A stretch of DNA of 64,000 nucleotides from an uncultured delta proteobacterium (GTDB taxonomy: Bacteria > Myxococcota_A > Polyangia > Fen-1088). This document shows, piece after piece, positions 12,722 through 23,573 of this stretch (within the stretch, counting starts at the first letter, position 1; the number at the start of each line of letters is the position of its first letter). The stretch spans positions 64,001 to 128,000 of the forward strand of contig CAWCMR010000014.1 of NCBI GenBank assembly GCA_963796685.1. Direction: 5' to 3'. The notes under the pieces were generated by a model that searched no databases, was not told the DNA's origin, and worked only from the letters and a program-made list of their open reading frames with translations. Both the position numbers and the translations under genes were made by a program.

Positions 12722-14468
12722 ATGGGGTCAGGTAAGCCAACAGAGGACAAGGTTTTGAGCAGTGCCGCCGCGGTGCTCGGCATCAAATCGGGCGACGAGG
12801 TGACCAAGCTCGATCGCAAGGGGCTCTCGGGCTTTACGCAGAAGCAGCTCTTCGAGTGCGCCAAGCGCCTGCAACTAAAGGGCGTTTCCAAGCTCAGCAA
12901 GGACGAGCTTTCGGCCCGCATCGCCGGTGATTTCGCCGCCCGCCGGGCCTCCGCAGCCGAGGAGACCGCTGCCACGAAAGCGAAGACGACGCCGGCCGAG
13001 GGCGAGCTCCCCCGCGGCGGTGGAGGATGCACCCGCGGCCGCCGGTGATGGGGCCGACTCGGCATGGTCCCACAAGTTCGAGGTGCGCGAGCACGCCAAG
13101 GACGATTCGCCAGGGACCATTCCCTGGTCCTACGCCTACGATCGCGTGACCGGCATGGCCGTGGATCCCGATCGTCTGTTCGTGTACTGGGAGGTCACGG
13201 ACGACGCCATCGAACGGGCCCGAACCAGTCTGGGCAAGGGTGGAAGGGACGCATGGCTGAACCTGCGCATCTACGACACCACCGATCGCATTTTCGATGG
13301 CACCAACGCCCATTCCTACTTCGACCACCGTGTCGAGCGCGGCGACCGGCACTGGTTCTTCCACATCGGCAAGCCATCCTCGTCGGCCTTCATCGACATC
13401 GGCCTGAAGTCGAACGAGGGCTTCTTCGCCAAGATCGTGCGTTCGGGACGCGTCGAATTTTCGCGCCATGAGCCGGCCGCATGGGTCGAGCCCGAATGGC
13501 TCAGCGTGCGTTCGATGATGGGGCCGATCGAACACGCCGGACGCGGCCCGCACATGCGTAAACAGGCGCCCGGCCTTGCCGCGGCCTCGCCTGGAATTCC
13601 AAGCCCGGCGCCGCGCCGACACGTCGCGCTCTTGCCGTGGGAAGAGTCCTTCATCGTTGGCGAGGGGGGCCGCAAGGAGGTCGTCGAGTGGGAAGAGCAC
13701 ATGATTGACGGCACCACCGAGTTCCACCGCGAAACGGCCTGGGAAAGTCCGGTCATGGTGTCGGCTTGGGAGGCGGGCCCTTTCAGCTTTCCGGTGGCGG
13801 CGCCCGAGCCGGTGCGTGAAGACTTCGTCGGGCCATCGCGGGTCTACCGCGTCGGCGGGCAGACGCACGTGGTGCATGGACCTTGGCAGGTCGTGATCAA
13901 GGGGGTCGGGGCTCGTCAGGGCCGCAGCGTCGTCGCACGCTGGGAGATCTACCGTTCGTGGATCGCCGAGGATACGGCCGAGTTACCTAGCGGTGGGACG
14001 AGGGAGTACGCGATTCCCGGTAGCTCCGAGAAATTGCTGGTGGGCGCGAGCGAGCGCCGTTGGCGTTACGCCAGCGAAATGCGCCTGGGCGGTGCCTCCG
14101 AGGTCTTCTTTCTGGGCGCGAGCGAGTACAAGGCACGCGGGGCCAGCGAGCGCTTCTTCATGGGGGCCAGCCAATACAAGATGCGGGGCGCGAGCGAGCG
14201 CCAATACATGGGCGGAAGCGAGGTGCGCATGCGCGGGGCCAGCGAGAGGATGCTTGGCGGGGCCAGTGAAGTACGCATGGGCGGGGCCAGCGAGAGGATG
14301 CTCGGCGGCGGCAGCGAGGCGCGTCTCGGCGGGGCCAGCGAAGCGATGCTTGGCGGCAGCGAGGGCAGGCTGGCGGCCGGTCAGGCTGAATCGACCCCGC
14401 CCGCGACGAACGGGGGACACTATCCGTCGCCAGAATCGTTCGGCACAGAACCAGAGCACAAGGACTAG
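12722..14468 (+). CDS. DUF4912 protein with Rho-N-like N-terminus and C-terminal octapeptide GASE repeats (frameshift near 13010)
   Basis: 12722-13048 encodes KQLFECAKRLQLKGVSKLSKDEL (Rho-N-like). The second frame gives IPWSYAYDRVTGMAVDPDRLFVYWEV..LRIYD..WFFH. The frame switch lies near a C5 run. Confidence 0.75.
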
Positions 14469-14473
14469 CCACT

Positions 14474-16060
14474 ATGCCCACCGGATACTTCGCGCTGGTT
14501 TTGCACGCTCACCTTCCCTTTGTCCGCCACCCCGAGGACCCCACGGTCATGGAGGAGCAGTGGCTCTACGAGGCCATCACGGGGACGTATCTGCCGCTCC
14601 TGCAGATGTTCGAAGGGCTGCAAGCGGACCACGTCCCCTACCGGTGCACGGTCTCGCTGTCCGCACCGCTCATGGCGATGCTGACCGACGACCTGCTCAA
14701 GGTGCGTTACGCCGACCACCTGGACGACCTCATTCTGCTGGCCGAGAAAGAGCTCGACCGGACCAAGCACGAGCCGCAATACCATCGCCTGGCCGAGATG
14801 TACCACAACCGCTTTCAGAGCTTGCGCCACACCTGGCGCTGCCATGAAGGCAACCTGGTGGTGGCGTTTCGCAAGCTGCAGGACGCTGGCGGGCTGGAGG
14901 TCATCACCTCGACCGCGACGCACGGATTCTTTCCGCTGCTCGACCGCAACTGGGCGGCCCTGCGTGCCCAGGTTCACGTGGCCGCCGACTTCTACGAAAA
15001 GCACTTCGGCCGCCGGCCGCCGGGCATGTGGCTGGGCGAATGCGGCTACGTGCCGGGCGTGGACGAGCTTCTGCGCGAGGCTGCGGTCCGCTACTTCTTC
15101 GTGGACAGCCATGCCATCCTGTTCGCCGACCGGCCGCCGGTGTACGGCGTGTACGCCCCCATCTACTGCGCCACCGGCGTGGCCGCGTTCGGCCGCGACA
15201 CCGAATCGTCCGAGCAGGTGTGGAGCTCCAAGTTCGGTTACCCGGGCGATCCGCACTACCGCGACTTCTACCGCGATATCGGCTTCGATCTCCCCCTCGA
15301 CTACATCGGTCCGCACATCCATCCCGAAGGGCATCGGATGTACACGGGCTTCAAGTACCACGCCATCACCCACGACCGGTTGCACGACAAGTGGGTCTAC
15401 GATCCGGACGCCGCCCGTGGCAAGGCCGGGCTGCACGCGTCGCACTTCCGCGGCAACATGGAAAAGCAGGCCGAGCGCCTGGCCGCGGGCATGGACAGGC
15501 CGCCCATCATCGTCAGCCCCTACGACGCCGAGCTGTACGGCCACTGGTGGTACGAGGGACCGATCTTCCTGTCCGATCTCTTTCGCCAGCTGCACTTCGA
15601 TCAAAGCGTCGTTCAGCCCATCACGCCCGGGGAATACCTCGACCGACACGCCACCAATCAGCTCGCCACGCCCTGCGCGTCGTCGTGGGGGCTCAAGGGC
15701 TACTGCGAGCAGTGGCTGAACGAGAGCAATGCTTGGACCTGGCGCCACATCCACGCGGCCGGTGAACGCATGGTCGAGCTGGCCCGCGGCCACTGGGGCG
15801 CTTCCAACCCGCTGACGGTGCGCGCCCTCAAGCAGGCGGCTCGCGAGCTGATGTTGCTGCAATCCAGCGACTGGACGTTCATCATGTCCACGGGAACGAC
15901 AGTTCCGTACGCCACCCGCCGATTCAATGAACACGTCATCCGCTTCTCCCGGCTTTACGACGATCTGAAGAAGGGACAGGTGGACGAGAAGTACCTGGCA
16001 TCCGTTGAAGCACAAGACAACATCTTCCCGGACATCGACTACCGGATCTACGCGTCGTAG
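14474..16060 (+). CDS. GH57 1,4-alpha-glucan branching enzyme (DUF1957)
   Basis: LVLHAHLPFVRH, WLYEAI..TYLPL, GMWLGECGY (nucleophile), PYDAELYGHWWYEG (acid/base), LLQSSDWTF. Confidence 0.95.
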   Translation: MPTGYFALVLHAHLPFVRHPEDPTVMEEQWLYEAITGTYLPLLQMFEGLQADHVPYRCTVSLSAPLMAMLTDDLLKVRYADHLDDLILLAEKELDRTKHEPQYHRLAEMYHNRFQSLRHTWRCHEGNLVVAFRKLQDAGGLEVITSTATHGFFPLLDRNWAALRAQVHVAADFYEKHFGRRPPGMWLGECGYVPGVDELLREAAVRYFFVDSHAILFADRPPVYGVYAPIYCATGVAAFGRDTESSEQVWSSKFGYPGDPHYRDFYRDIGFDLPLDYIGPHIHPEGHRMYTGFKYHAITHDRLHDKWVYDPDAARGKAGLHASHFRGNMEKQAERLAAGMDRPPIIVSPYDAELYGHWWYEGPIFLSDLFRQLHFDQSVVQPITPGEYLDRHATNQLATPCASSWGLKGYCEQWLNESNAWTWRHIHAAGERMVELARGHWGASNPLTVRALKQAARELMLLQSSDWTFIMSTGTTVPYATRRFNEHVIRFSRLYDDLKKGQVDEKYLASVEAQDNIFPDIDYRIYAS

Positions 16061-17756
16061 CGGCTCTGCGCGCGGCAAGCGCGCCGAAAACGACACGCGA
16101 AGTAGCCCCAAGTTGAAAGTCGGCAGCAGCTCGGCAGGCGCCAAATCGGGCGTGGAGCCGAGATCCGCTGCCAAGCACGCCTCCGTGGTCCAGTCCGCGT
16201 CGCCCGGGCCAGGTCGGCCGTCCAGCACGGCACCGACGCAGACCGTGGTAGCGCCCGAGCAAGTCGTGGCCGTTCCCGGCGACCGAAGGCTGAAGGTTCT
16301 CTTCGTCGCCTCGGAAGTGGCGCCCTTCCGCAAGACCGGAGGGCTCGCCGACGTGGCCGGAGTGCTACCCCGGAGCTTGCGCCAGCGCGGGATCGACATC
16401 CGGGTGGTCATGCCGCTTTACCAGGGTGTGCAGTGGAGCACGCTCGAACGATTGGATGGAACCCTGTCCGTGCCCATGTATTACGGCAACGCGCGCGCGG
16501 GGCTGCGCATGGGGGTCTTGCCGGGCAGCGACCTGCCCATCTACTTCATCGAATACAACCGATTCTTCGACCGTCCCCACCTCTACGGTCCGCCAGGCCA
16601 GGCCTACACCGACAACCTGGAGCGCTTTTCGTTCTTCTCGCGTGCGGCGCTCGAGATGTGCAAGACCATCGGGTTCATTCCCGACGTGATCCACGCCAAC
16701 GACTGGCAGACCGCGCTGGTTCCCGTGTACGTCAACACGGTCGAGTGGTCGAAGCCGCTGCACGGCGCCGGTACCTTGTTCACGATTCACAACCTGGCCT
16801 ACCAGGGCAACTTCGAGAGCGGGGCCATGTTCATCACCGGGCTCGGGTGGAATCACTACAATCCATTCGAGTTCGAGCACTTCGGCGACATGAATCTGAT
16901 GAAGGCGGCCATCCGCCACGCGAATCTCCTGTCCACGGTCAGCCCCACCTACGCGCGCGAGATCCAGACCCCGGGCTACGGCTTCGGTCTCGACGGCGAG
17001 CTGTCGCTACGCAGCCGCGACTTGCGCGGGGTGCTCAACGGCATCGACACGCACGAATGGGATCCTGCCGCCGATCCCCATATCGCCGCGCCCTTCAGCG
17101 CCGCCGACATCGGCGCCAAGGCCGTGTGCAAGGCCTCCCTGCAGAAACAGCTCGGGCTGGCCGTGCGCCCGGAGGTGCCCGTGTTCGGCGTGGTCGGCCG
17201 CCTCACCCCGCAAAAGGGCTTCGACGTCCTGGCGCACGCCCTGGACAGGATTCTGTCGTGGGATCTGCAGATGGTGTTGCTCGGTAATGGCGACCACGAA
17301 GCCGAGCACTTCTTCTCGCACCTGGCTTCCCGGCGCAGCGACAAGTTCCGGACCTTCATCGGGTTCGACGAAGGCCTGGCGCACAGGATCGAAGCGGGCG
17401 CCGATTTCCTGCTCATGCCTTCGCGCTTCGAGCCCTGCGGGCTCAACCAGATGTACAGCCAGCGCTACGGCACCCTGCCCATCGTGCGCGGAACCGGGGG
17501 TCTGCTCGACACCGTGATGAACTACGATCAGGCGACCGGAAACGGGACGGGGTTCGTTTTCTGGGATCTGACCCCAGGCGCGATCGCCGACACCGTGGGC
17601 TGGGCTCTATCGACCTACTTCGAACGACCGGCCCACATCGAGGCCATGCGCAAGCGGGCCATGGAGCAGGATTTCTCCTGGGATCGCGCCGCCGAGGCCT
17701 ACGAAGGGCTCTACCGCGAGGCCTACCAGATCCGGCGCGGACACGTGTTTCCGTAA
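16005..17756 (+). CDS. glgA: Glycogen synthase (GT5)
   Basis: VASEVAPFRKTGGLADV, HANDWQT, TIHNLAYQG, TVSPTYA, MPSRFEPCGLNQ. The true start is probably downstream (16113-16266). Confidence 0.95.
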   Translation: MKHKTTSSRTSTTGSTRRSGSARGKRAENDTRSSPKLKVGSSSAGAKSGVEPRSAAKHASVVQSASPGPGRPSSTAPTQTVVAPEQVVAVPGDRRLKVLFVASEVAPFRKTGGLADVAGVLPRSLRQRGIDIRVVMPLYQGVQWSTLERLDGTLSVPMYYGNARAGLRMGVLPGSDLPIYFIEYNRFFDRPHLYGPPGQAYTDNLERFSFFSRAALEMCKTIGFIPDVIHANDWQTALVPVYVNTVEWSKPLHGAGTLFTIHNLAYQGNFESGAMFITGLGWNHYNPFEFEHFGDMNLMKAAIRHANLLSTVSPTYAREIQTPGYGFGLDGELSLRSRDLRGVLNGIDTHEWDPAADPHIAAPFSAADIGAKAVCKASLQKQLGLAVRPEVPVFGVVGRLTPQKGFDVLAHALDRILSWDLQMVLLGNGDHEAEHFFSHLASRRSDKFRTFIGFDEGLAHRIEAGADFLLMPSRFEPCGLNQMYSQRYGTLPIVRGTGGLLDTVMNYDQATGNGTGFVFWDLTPGAIADTVGWALSTYFERPAHIEAMRKRAMEQDFSWDRAAEAYEGLYREAYQIRRGHVFP

Positions 17757-17917
17757 CCGGCTTCGGCCGTTCAGCAGACGTCGGCTGCGATGGTCGCGCG
17801 TCTTCGAAAGGCCCGGCGAAGCCGGGCCACCGTCTTCACCCAACGGGTGACGGCTTTGTCGCATCAAAGGGCAAGCACCACGGCCGGACTGCGCTCCCGG
17901 TTGTGCCGGCGCGGGGG

Positions 17918-19621
17918 ATGGAGGAAGATCGGCCCGCCATGAGCACGTCGGATCCGGTCCCCCGCTTGCGCACCCGCTGGGGTGCACGAGCCTTGCTGCT
18001 TGCGGCTGTGGTGGCTGGGGCTGCCACGGTGACCTGGCAGCTCTGGGAACAGGATGCCTTCTGGCAGGTCCGCGCAGGGCACGAGCTGTGGGCAACCTGG
18101 CGGTGGCCCACCACGGATACCTGGTCCTACACCTCGGCGGGCGGGTCGTGGCGCAACTTCCAGTGGCTGTCCACCCTGATCATGGCCGCCGCAGACCGCT
18201 TGGGTGGCGTCGCAGGCCTGGTCTTGCTTCGCGCTGCCCTCGTCGCGGCAATCTTGGGCGTGGTCCTGTGGCTCTGTCGCCGTCGGGGTGCGTCGGCCCT
18301 GCAGGCTGTCGCCTTGGCCGGTTTGCTTTGGCTGGCCTGTGCCCGTCGGTTTCAGGTGCGTAGCGACCTCTTCGTGACGCTGGTGTTCGCCGTCGTGTTG
18401 GCGACGGCGGAGACGGTCTGGTCCTGGCGCATTCGCCGAGCAGTGCTGGTCGTCCTCGTCGTTCTAGCCGCGAACCTGCATCCGGGCACCGCACCCTTCG
18501 TGCAGTTGGCGGCCCTGGCGGTGGTGCTTCAGGATGAACACCCCGACCGGCCGTCGCACGGGATCGAGGCGCTCTTTCTGGCCGCGATCCTGCTCGGCTT
18601 GCTGGCGACGCCCTATCACCTGCACGTCCTGCCCTACCTTTGGCGGCACCTCTTCTACGGGGCGTATCAGGCAGTCCCCAACCCCGATCACCGTTCGCTT
18701 GCACTCGCCGATTTTCTGCCGAGCAACGGCGGCCTCGGACCCATGGCCTGGTTGGCCCTGGTGCTCGCCGCCGTCCTCCTCACCCTGGCAAAGATGCGGA
18801 CCGCGGGCCAGGCCGCCCAACGACGCTTGCTCCCCGGGTTTCTCCTGCTCGTGCTTCTGGCCGGGCTCAGCGTGAATCGGGACCGGGTCATGCCCTATGC
18901 GGCCACGGTCGCGGCGGTCTCCCTCGCAGGCCGCCTCCCCGCCGGGGGAGCTGCGCGCTGGCGCGGTGCCCTCGCTGCCCTGGCGGCCGCCCTCATCTGG
19001 CTGGTGGCCGTTCCGCTGTGGCTTTCCCGGCCCGAGATCCGCTTCGGCTTTGGCCCGAACCCTCACCTGCATCCGGTGGGCGCCGCGCGCTTCCTCGCCG
19101 CGCAACGGCCCGAGCGCGAGATCCTGCATTTTCAGGGCGACGGCAATTATCTCCTGCAGGCGCTGCCCGACTATCGGGTGTTCCTCGACACGCGCGAGAG
19201 CATGTACGAGCCTCTGCAACGGGTGTACCGGGACATGGTCAACGACCCGGTTCTGATGGCTGCGGTCATGGCCCGATACCACGTCAGTACCGTGCTCGTG
19301 CCCGAGGCCTTTCTGCTCACCCCTTGGCAGGATCGGGTCTCCCGGCGCGCGGCGTTCTTTCCCAAGCGCGACTTCGCGCTGGTCTACTTTGACGAAGACT
19401 ACGCCGTGTTGGTGCGACGAATCCCCGCGCACGAGCGGCTCATCGCCGCCCACGAGTACGAGCTCCTCCTTCCCTATCGCGATCCGCGAGCCTATCTGTC
19501 GACGCAGGACCGGACGCCGGAGCGTGACCGCGCCTTTCACGCCGAGGTCGAGCGCTGCCTCCGCGAGGTGCCGGGCTTCTCGTACTGCCAGCAGGCGAAG
19601 GCCGCGCTGGCCGGCCGGTAA
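17918..19621 (+). CDS. Polytopic membrane protein, putative GT-C-fold glycosyltransferase
   Basis: First loop EQDAFWQVRAG...DTWSYT, then ANLHPG, about 10 TM segments and a soluble tail with GNYLL..YRVFLDTR. Paralogous to 23574-25448. Confidence 0.6.
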   Translation: MEEDRPAMSTSDPVPRLRTRWGARALLLAAVVAGAATVTWQLWEQDAFWQVRAGHELWATWRWPTTDTWSYTSAGGSWRNFQWLSTLIMAAADRLGGVAGLVLLRAALVAAILGVVLWLCRRRGASALQAVALAGLLWLACARRFQVRSDLFVTLVFAVVLATAETVWSWRIRRAVLVVLVVLAANLHPGTAPFVQLAALAVVLQDEHPDRPSHGIEALFLAAILLGLLATPYHLHVLPYLWRHLFYGAYQAVPNPDHRSLALADFLPSNGGLGPMAWLALVLAAVLLTLAKMRTAGQAAQRRLLPGFLLLVLLAGLSVNRDRVMPYAATVAAVSLAGRLPAGGAARWRGALAALAAALIWLVAVPLWLSRPEIRFGFGPNPHLHPVGAARFLAAQRPEREILHFQGDGNYLLQALPDYRVFLDTRESMYEPLQRVYRDMVNDPVLMAAVMARYHVSTVLVPEAFLLTPWQDRVSRRAAFFPKRDFALVYFDEDYAVLVRRIPAHERLIAAHEYELLLPYRDPRAYLSTQDRTPERDRAFHAEVERCLREVPGFSYCQQAKAALAGR

Positions 19622-19671
19622 GGCGGGACGCGGACTGCGGCCGAGGCGGCGAGAGGTCTATACTGCGCGGG

Positions 19672-21431
19672 ATGATCCTGCGCGAGATGATGCTGCGCTA
19701 CCTGACCGTGCTCGGCGAGGCTTGGCCCTGGGTGCTCCTGGGAGCGCTGGCCAGCGCCGTTCTCGCCATTCCGCGCGTCTGGCGAGCCGTCGATCGCATG
19801 TCCTCCACGACCGAGCGGTGGTTTCTGGTCGCCCTGGTGCTCTTCTCGGTGGTCTTGGCGGCGCGCATGGCGTGGGTCTGCGACGACGCCTTCATCTCGT
19901 TTCGCTACGCCGCCAACCTGGCCCACGGTCGAGGGTTGGTCTTCAACCCGGGCGAGCGGGTCGAGGGCTACACGGACTTTCTGTGGGTCGTGCTCCTGGC
20001 CGGCGCCATCCGCATCGGTCTTGATCCGGTGCAGGTCTCGGTGGTGATGGGCCTTTGCGCCCTGGCGGGAACCTTGCTGGGCGTGGCCAGGCTGCGGTCA
20101 CGGCTCTTGCACGAGGCGGAGCTGGCGCGATTTCCGCTTGCGGTGGTGGCCCTGGCCTTGCACCAGACCTTCGTGGCCTTTGGAACCTCCGGCCTCGAGA
20201 CCATGCTGGCGACCTGCTGTGCCCTGTGGGCCGTCGAGCGCGCGGTCGCGGGTGCCCCCTTGTCGAGCAGCCTTGCCGGCGTGCTGGCCGTGATGGCCAC
20301 CCTGATCACGCCTTGCTCTGGTTGGCGCTCGGGATCGCCCTCGCGCTGGAGCCGGGGCGAAGGCGAAACCTCCTCTCCTATCTGCTTCCGCTCGTCGTGG
20401 TGTATCTGCCTTACTTCGTGGCTCGCTTCGTCTACTTCGGGCGCGCCTTCCCCAACACCTATGACGCCAAGGCGGGAGGCGGCTTTTATCTCTCTCAGGG
20501 GGCCCTCTACTGGGCGGCCTGGCTGATCGGCGGCGGGGTCTGGGCGTTGCTGCCGGCGATCGCGGTCGGGCTTTGGCGGGTCCGCGCCACTCTGCTCGGG
20601 CGCTACGCGCTGCTGGCGGTCGTGCTCATGGTGGCTTACGTAACCAAGATCGGCGGCGACTACATGCTCGGACGCCTCGTCGTCGCCATCCTTCCCGTGC
20701 TCTTCCTGATGGCCGAGCTCGGGCTGCGGGCCTGGACGAGGCACGGCGCCCTTGCCATCGGATTTGGTTGCTTGGCCTTCGCGATCGCGTCGCTACCCAC
20801 CACCCTCGTTCGACCGCGCGCCATCGAGTGGAATCTCGCGGACGAACGCACGCACACGCCTCTCGTCTCGTTCTCGCCCGTGCGCATCGGATCGAACATG
20901 TTCGATCGCGCCAAGCTCTTCGAGCAGCACTTCACGAAGGCCGGTCTCCGACCCATCCTGGCCGACTTCGAGATCGGCATGATGGGCTACTACACCGACC
21001 TCGAGCTCATCGACATTCACGGCCTGACCGACCGCCACGTGGCTCGCCAGGCGCTCTTGCGGCGCGGGCGCCCCGGGCACGAGCACGTCGCGGATGTCGA
21101 CTACCTGCGCGCGCGAGGCGTCGCCCTGGCCCGCATTCCCCTGTGGCTTGGTCGCTACAAGCCGGCGACGCGAATCCTCTTTCCCGATGGATCCATCTAC
21201 TACTTCGGCACCTGGCGTCCCGACCTGGCCCAGGCGCTTCGCGGGATTCCGGGCGTGCGCTTCACGGACGCCCCGACGTTCATCGACTCGTACCTGGACA
21301 AGGGCAACCAGATCGCGAGCGATGAGGTCAAGCAGGATCTGCGTGACTTCTTCGAACCCTACTACTTCGCGGGCAACGTCAATCCAATGCGGCGGGCACG
21401 CTTCGAGAGCGCCATTCGAGGCGGTCGCTGA
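19672..21431 (+). CDS. GT-C glycosyltransferase, AftB/arabinofuranosyltransferase-like (frameshift near 20300)
   Basis: DDAFISFRYAANLAHGRGLVFNPGERVEGYT, TSGLET, FPNTY.AK, GGDYM..R, IDIHGLTD, RPGHEH. Adding one C at ATGGCCAC restores ..VMAHPDHALL.. Confidence 0.75.
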
Positions 21432-21638
21432 ATAGGCCGATACCACGCCCCTTTGGTACCAAGGACATAGGACAGGGCACGTTGGCAGGTTCTGCACCAT
21501 ACATGAAGGGTCCCTATCGCGTCGCCCGCGGCGAGGTCGTGAGCCGATTCACGGCGCTCGCGGACACTCTAGACTAGCACCTTGTTAGTCCCGGCCGGGA
21601 GCCCCCCCGGACGACCACGCGCCCCACGGAGGTATTCG

Positions 21639-23561
21639 ATGAGGTCACTTTCACTGAAGTCATTGGGACATGTCGCGGCCGTCTTGGCGGCGACATACAC
21701 GGGCGCCGCCTGCAACAACCAGGCAGGGGGCTCCACGAACGCGGGCTTCGGTGGAAAACCGGGATCGGGAGGGGCCGGCTCGGGTGGTACGTCAAACGGC
21801 GGCTCGGGCGGCGTCTCGAACGGCGGCTCGGGCGGCGTCACGAGCGGTGGTTCGGGCGGCGTCTCGAGTGGTGGTTCGGGCGGCACCGTGTCGATTGGCG
21901 CAGGTGGCACCGCGGTCGGCGGGGCGGGTGGCGGCACGGGTGGAAAGACCGGCACCGGCGGGGTGTCGAGCGGCACCGGCGGCACTGCGACTGGCGGCGT
22001 GCAAGGCACGGGCGGAACCACGAAGCCCGGCAGCGGTGGGAGCATGACCGCCCAGGGCGGCTCGGCCGGCGCCACTTCGGTGCCTCCTCCAAATGAAGAC
22101 TTCACGGACAAGGTAGGCAGTGCGTCTGTTGACATGGTCTACATACCGGGCGGCACATTTACCTTAGGGTGCGAAACCAGCACCTGCGATCAGTACACAA
22201 ACCCCGTTCAGAACATCACGGTCAGCGACTATCACATCATGAAAGCCCAGGTGCCCAAAGGTGTGTGGACTGCCGTGGGCCTTACGGAAGGCACCTGGTA
22301 TGACTGCATGTCAGTCGCTTGCGAGCTGACCAAGCAGACAGGTCATGCGTATCGGATGATGACCGAGGCCGAGTTCGAATACGCGGCGAAGAACTACCTG
22401 GACAAGTTGAGCCAAATAGACGGCAGCGAAGAATGGGCGTTCAACTCCTGGGAAGACAACTATTCGTGCAAGCCGGGCGACGTTGATCCCTTGGGGCCCA
22501 ATCCCGCAGCGCACACACAGAAGACGCGGCGCGACGCGGCGAACGGCGACCACATAACCGGGCGACTCATCCGTTCAATCGACGGCATAGGCCCCTTTTG
22601 TCGCTTGACCATCTCGGATAAGACGACATACCCGCCGGGCTATGTTGCGCCATGCGATATTCATGAACCGGTGCAGAGCGGCGAACCAGAGAATTCGTAC
22701 CGCGACCCGCGGTGGGTTACAGGCAGCGATAACAAGTGGACGACGGGCTCGACAGCGATAGGCAAGTTCGATCTCCAGACTTGGGACGATGGTACCGCGA
22801 TCATGAATGGCAAGAACGGTCAGTGGTTCACATCAAACAACATTGCCTTCGTGTTTGTTCCGAGCTCGGGTGCCAGCGTGAAATACCCGTATATGTTCCT
22901 CGATAACACCCAAGGTTCGGTTATTTCCGATGCAGGTTTCATGAATGGTTTCATCGGGAGATTCCAGATTACGTCGACGGCCAGTAGTACCACCAAACCG
23001 ACCATAGCCAACCTGAAGAGCGGCGCGGAGTTGGCCGCGGCAGCGGGGCCTGATTACAAGATGGTCGACATGGTCAACATCCCGGATTCGGCCAAAGCAC
23101 AGGATCCGCGGCTGATTGACACCACCAGCGATTGTTGGTTCCAGAACAACATAAACGCTGGCGGTACGCACAACTACAGACAAGACATAGATGCTGACGA
23201 ATTCCGGTTCGCCGTTATTGATAAGGGGCAAATTACCATGCTCGCCAACGGCAAGTGGTGGACAGTCAACAATACGTTCCTGCACATAGAGCACTCGGAC
23301 GGATATGTGGCCGAATATCTCTACGCCTTGACCTCGGACGGGTACTACTTTCATGACTCGTACATGGCGTATGAGCGCGCTGACTTCAGGATGTTCCAGA
23401 AATATGCAAACGACGGCGGCCAATTCCCCTCCACCTGCATCGACAACAGCTGCAGCAGCGAGCTCCCCAAGGGAGTAGCTTCTTCGATGTATTCCAAAAT
23501 GGGGGACACCGGAAAATCGACGTTTACACCGGCACCGTGCCCGGCGGACGGTTGCAAGTAG
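21639..23561 (+). CDS. Lipoprotein: Gly-rich linker, FGE/SUMF1-like domain and duplicated unknown domain
   Basis: GGAGG RBS, lipobox-like GAA-C, ~120-aa G/S/T linker, then VDMVYIPGGTFTLGC..MTEAEFEYAAK..EEW. Confidence 0.7.
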   Translation: MRSLSLKSLGHVAAVLAATYTGAACNNQAGGSTNAGFGGKPGSGGAGSGGTSNGGSGGVSNGGSGGVTSGGSGGVSSGGSGGTVSIGAGGTAVGGAGGGTGGKTGTGGVSSGTGGTATGGVQGTGGTTKPGSGGSMTAQGGSAGATSVPPPNEDFTDKVGSASVDMVYIPGGTFTLGCETSTCDQYTNPVQNITVSDYHIMKAQVPKGVWTAVGLTEGTWYDCMSVACELTKQTGHAYRMMTEAEFEYAAKNYLDKLSQIDGSEEWAFNSWEDNYSCKPGDVDPLGPNPAAHTQKTRRDAANGDHITGRLIRSIDGIGPFCRLTISDKTTYPPGYVAPCDIHEPVQSGEPENSYRDPRWVTGSDNKWTTGSTAIGKFDLQTWDDGTAIMNGKNGQWFTSNNIAFVFVPSSGASVKYPYMFLDNTQGSVISDAGFMNGFIGRFQITSTASSTTKPTIANLKSGAELAAAAGPDYKMVDMVNIPDSAKAQDPRLIDTTSDCWFQNNINAGGTHNYRQDIDADEFRFAVIDKGQITMLANGKWWTVNNTFLHIEHSDGYVAEYLYALTSDGYYFHDSYMAYERADFRMFQKYANDGGQFPSTCIDNSCSSELPKGVASSMYSKMGDTGKSTFTPAPCPADGCK

Positions 23562-23573
23562 ACGACTCTTCGT

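Noticed and set aside
14030-14375. GASE repeats as a multi-core RiPP precursor
   Set aside because: They are fused to a large DUF4912 protein in a glycogen operon, with no modifying enzymes adjacent.
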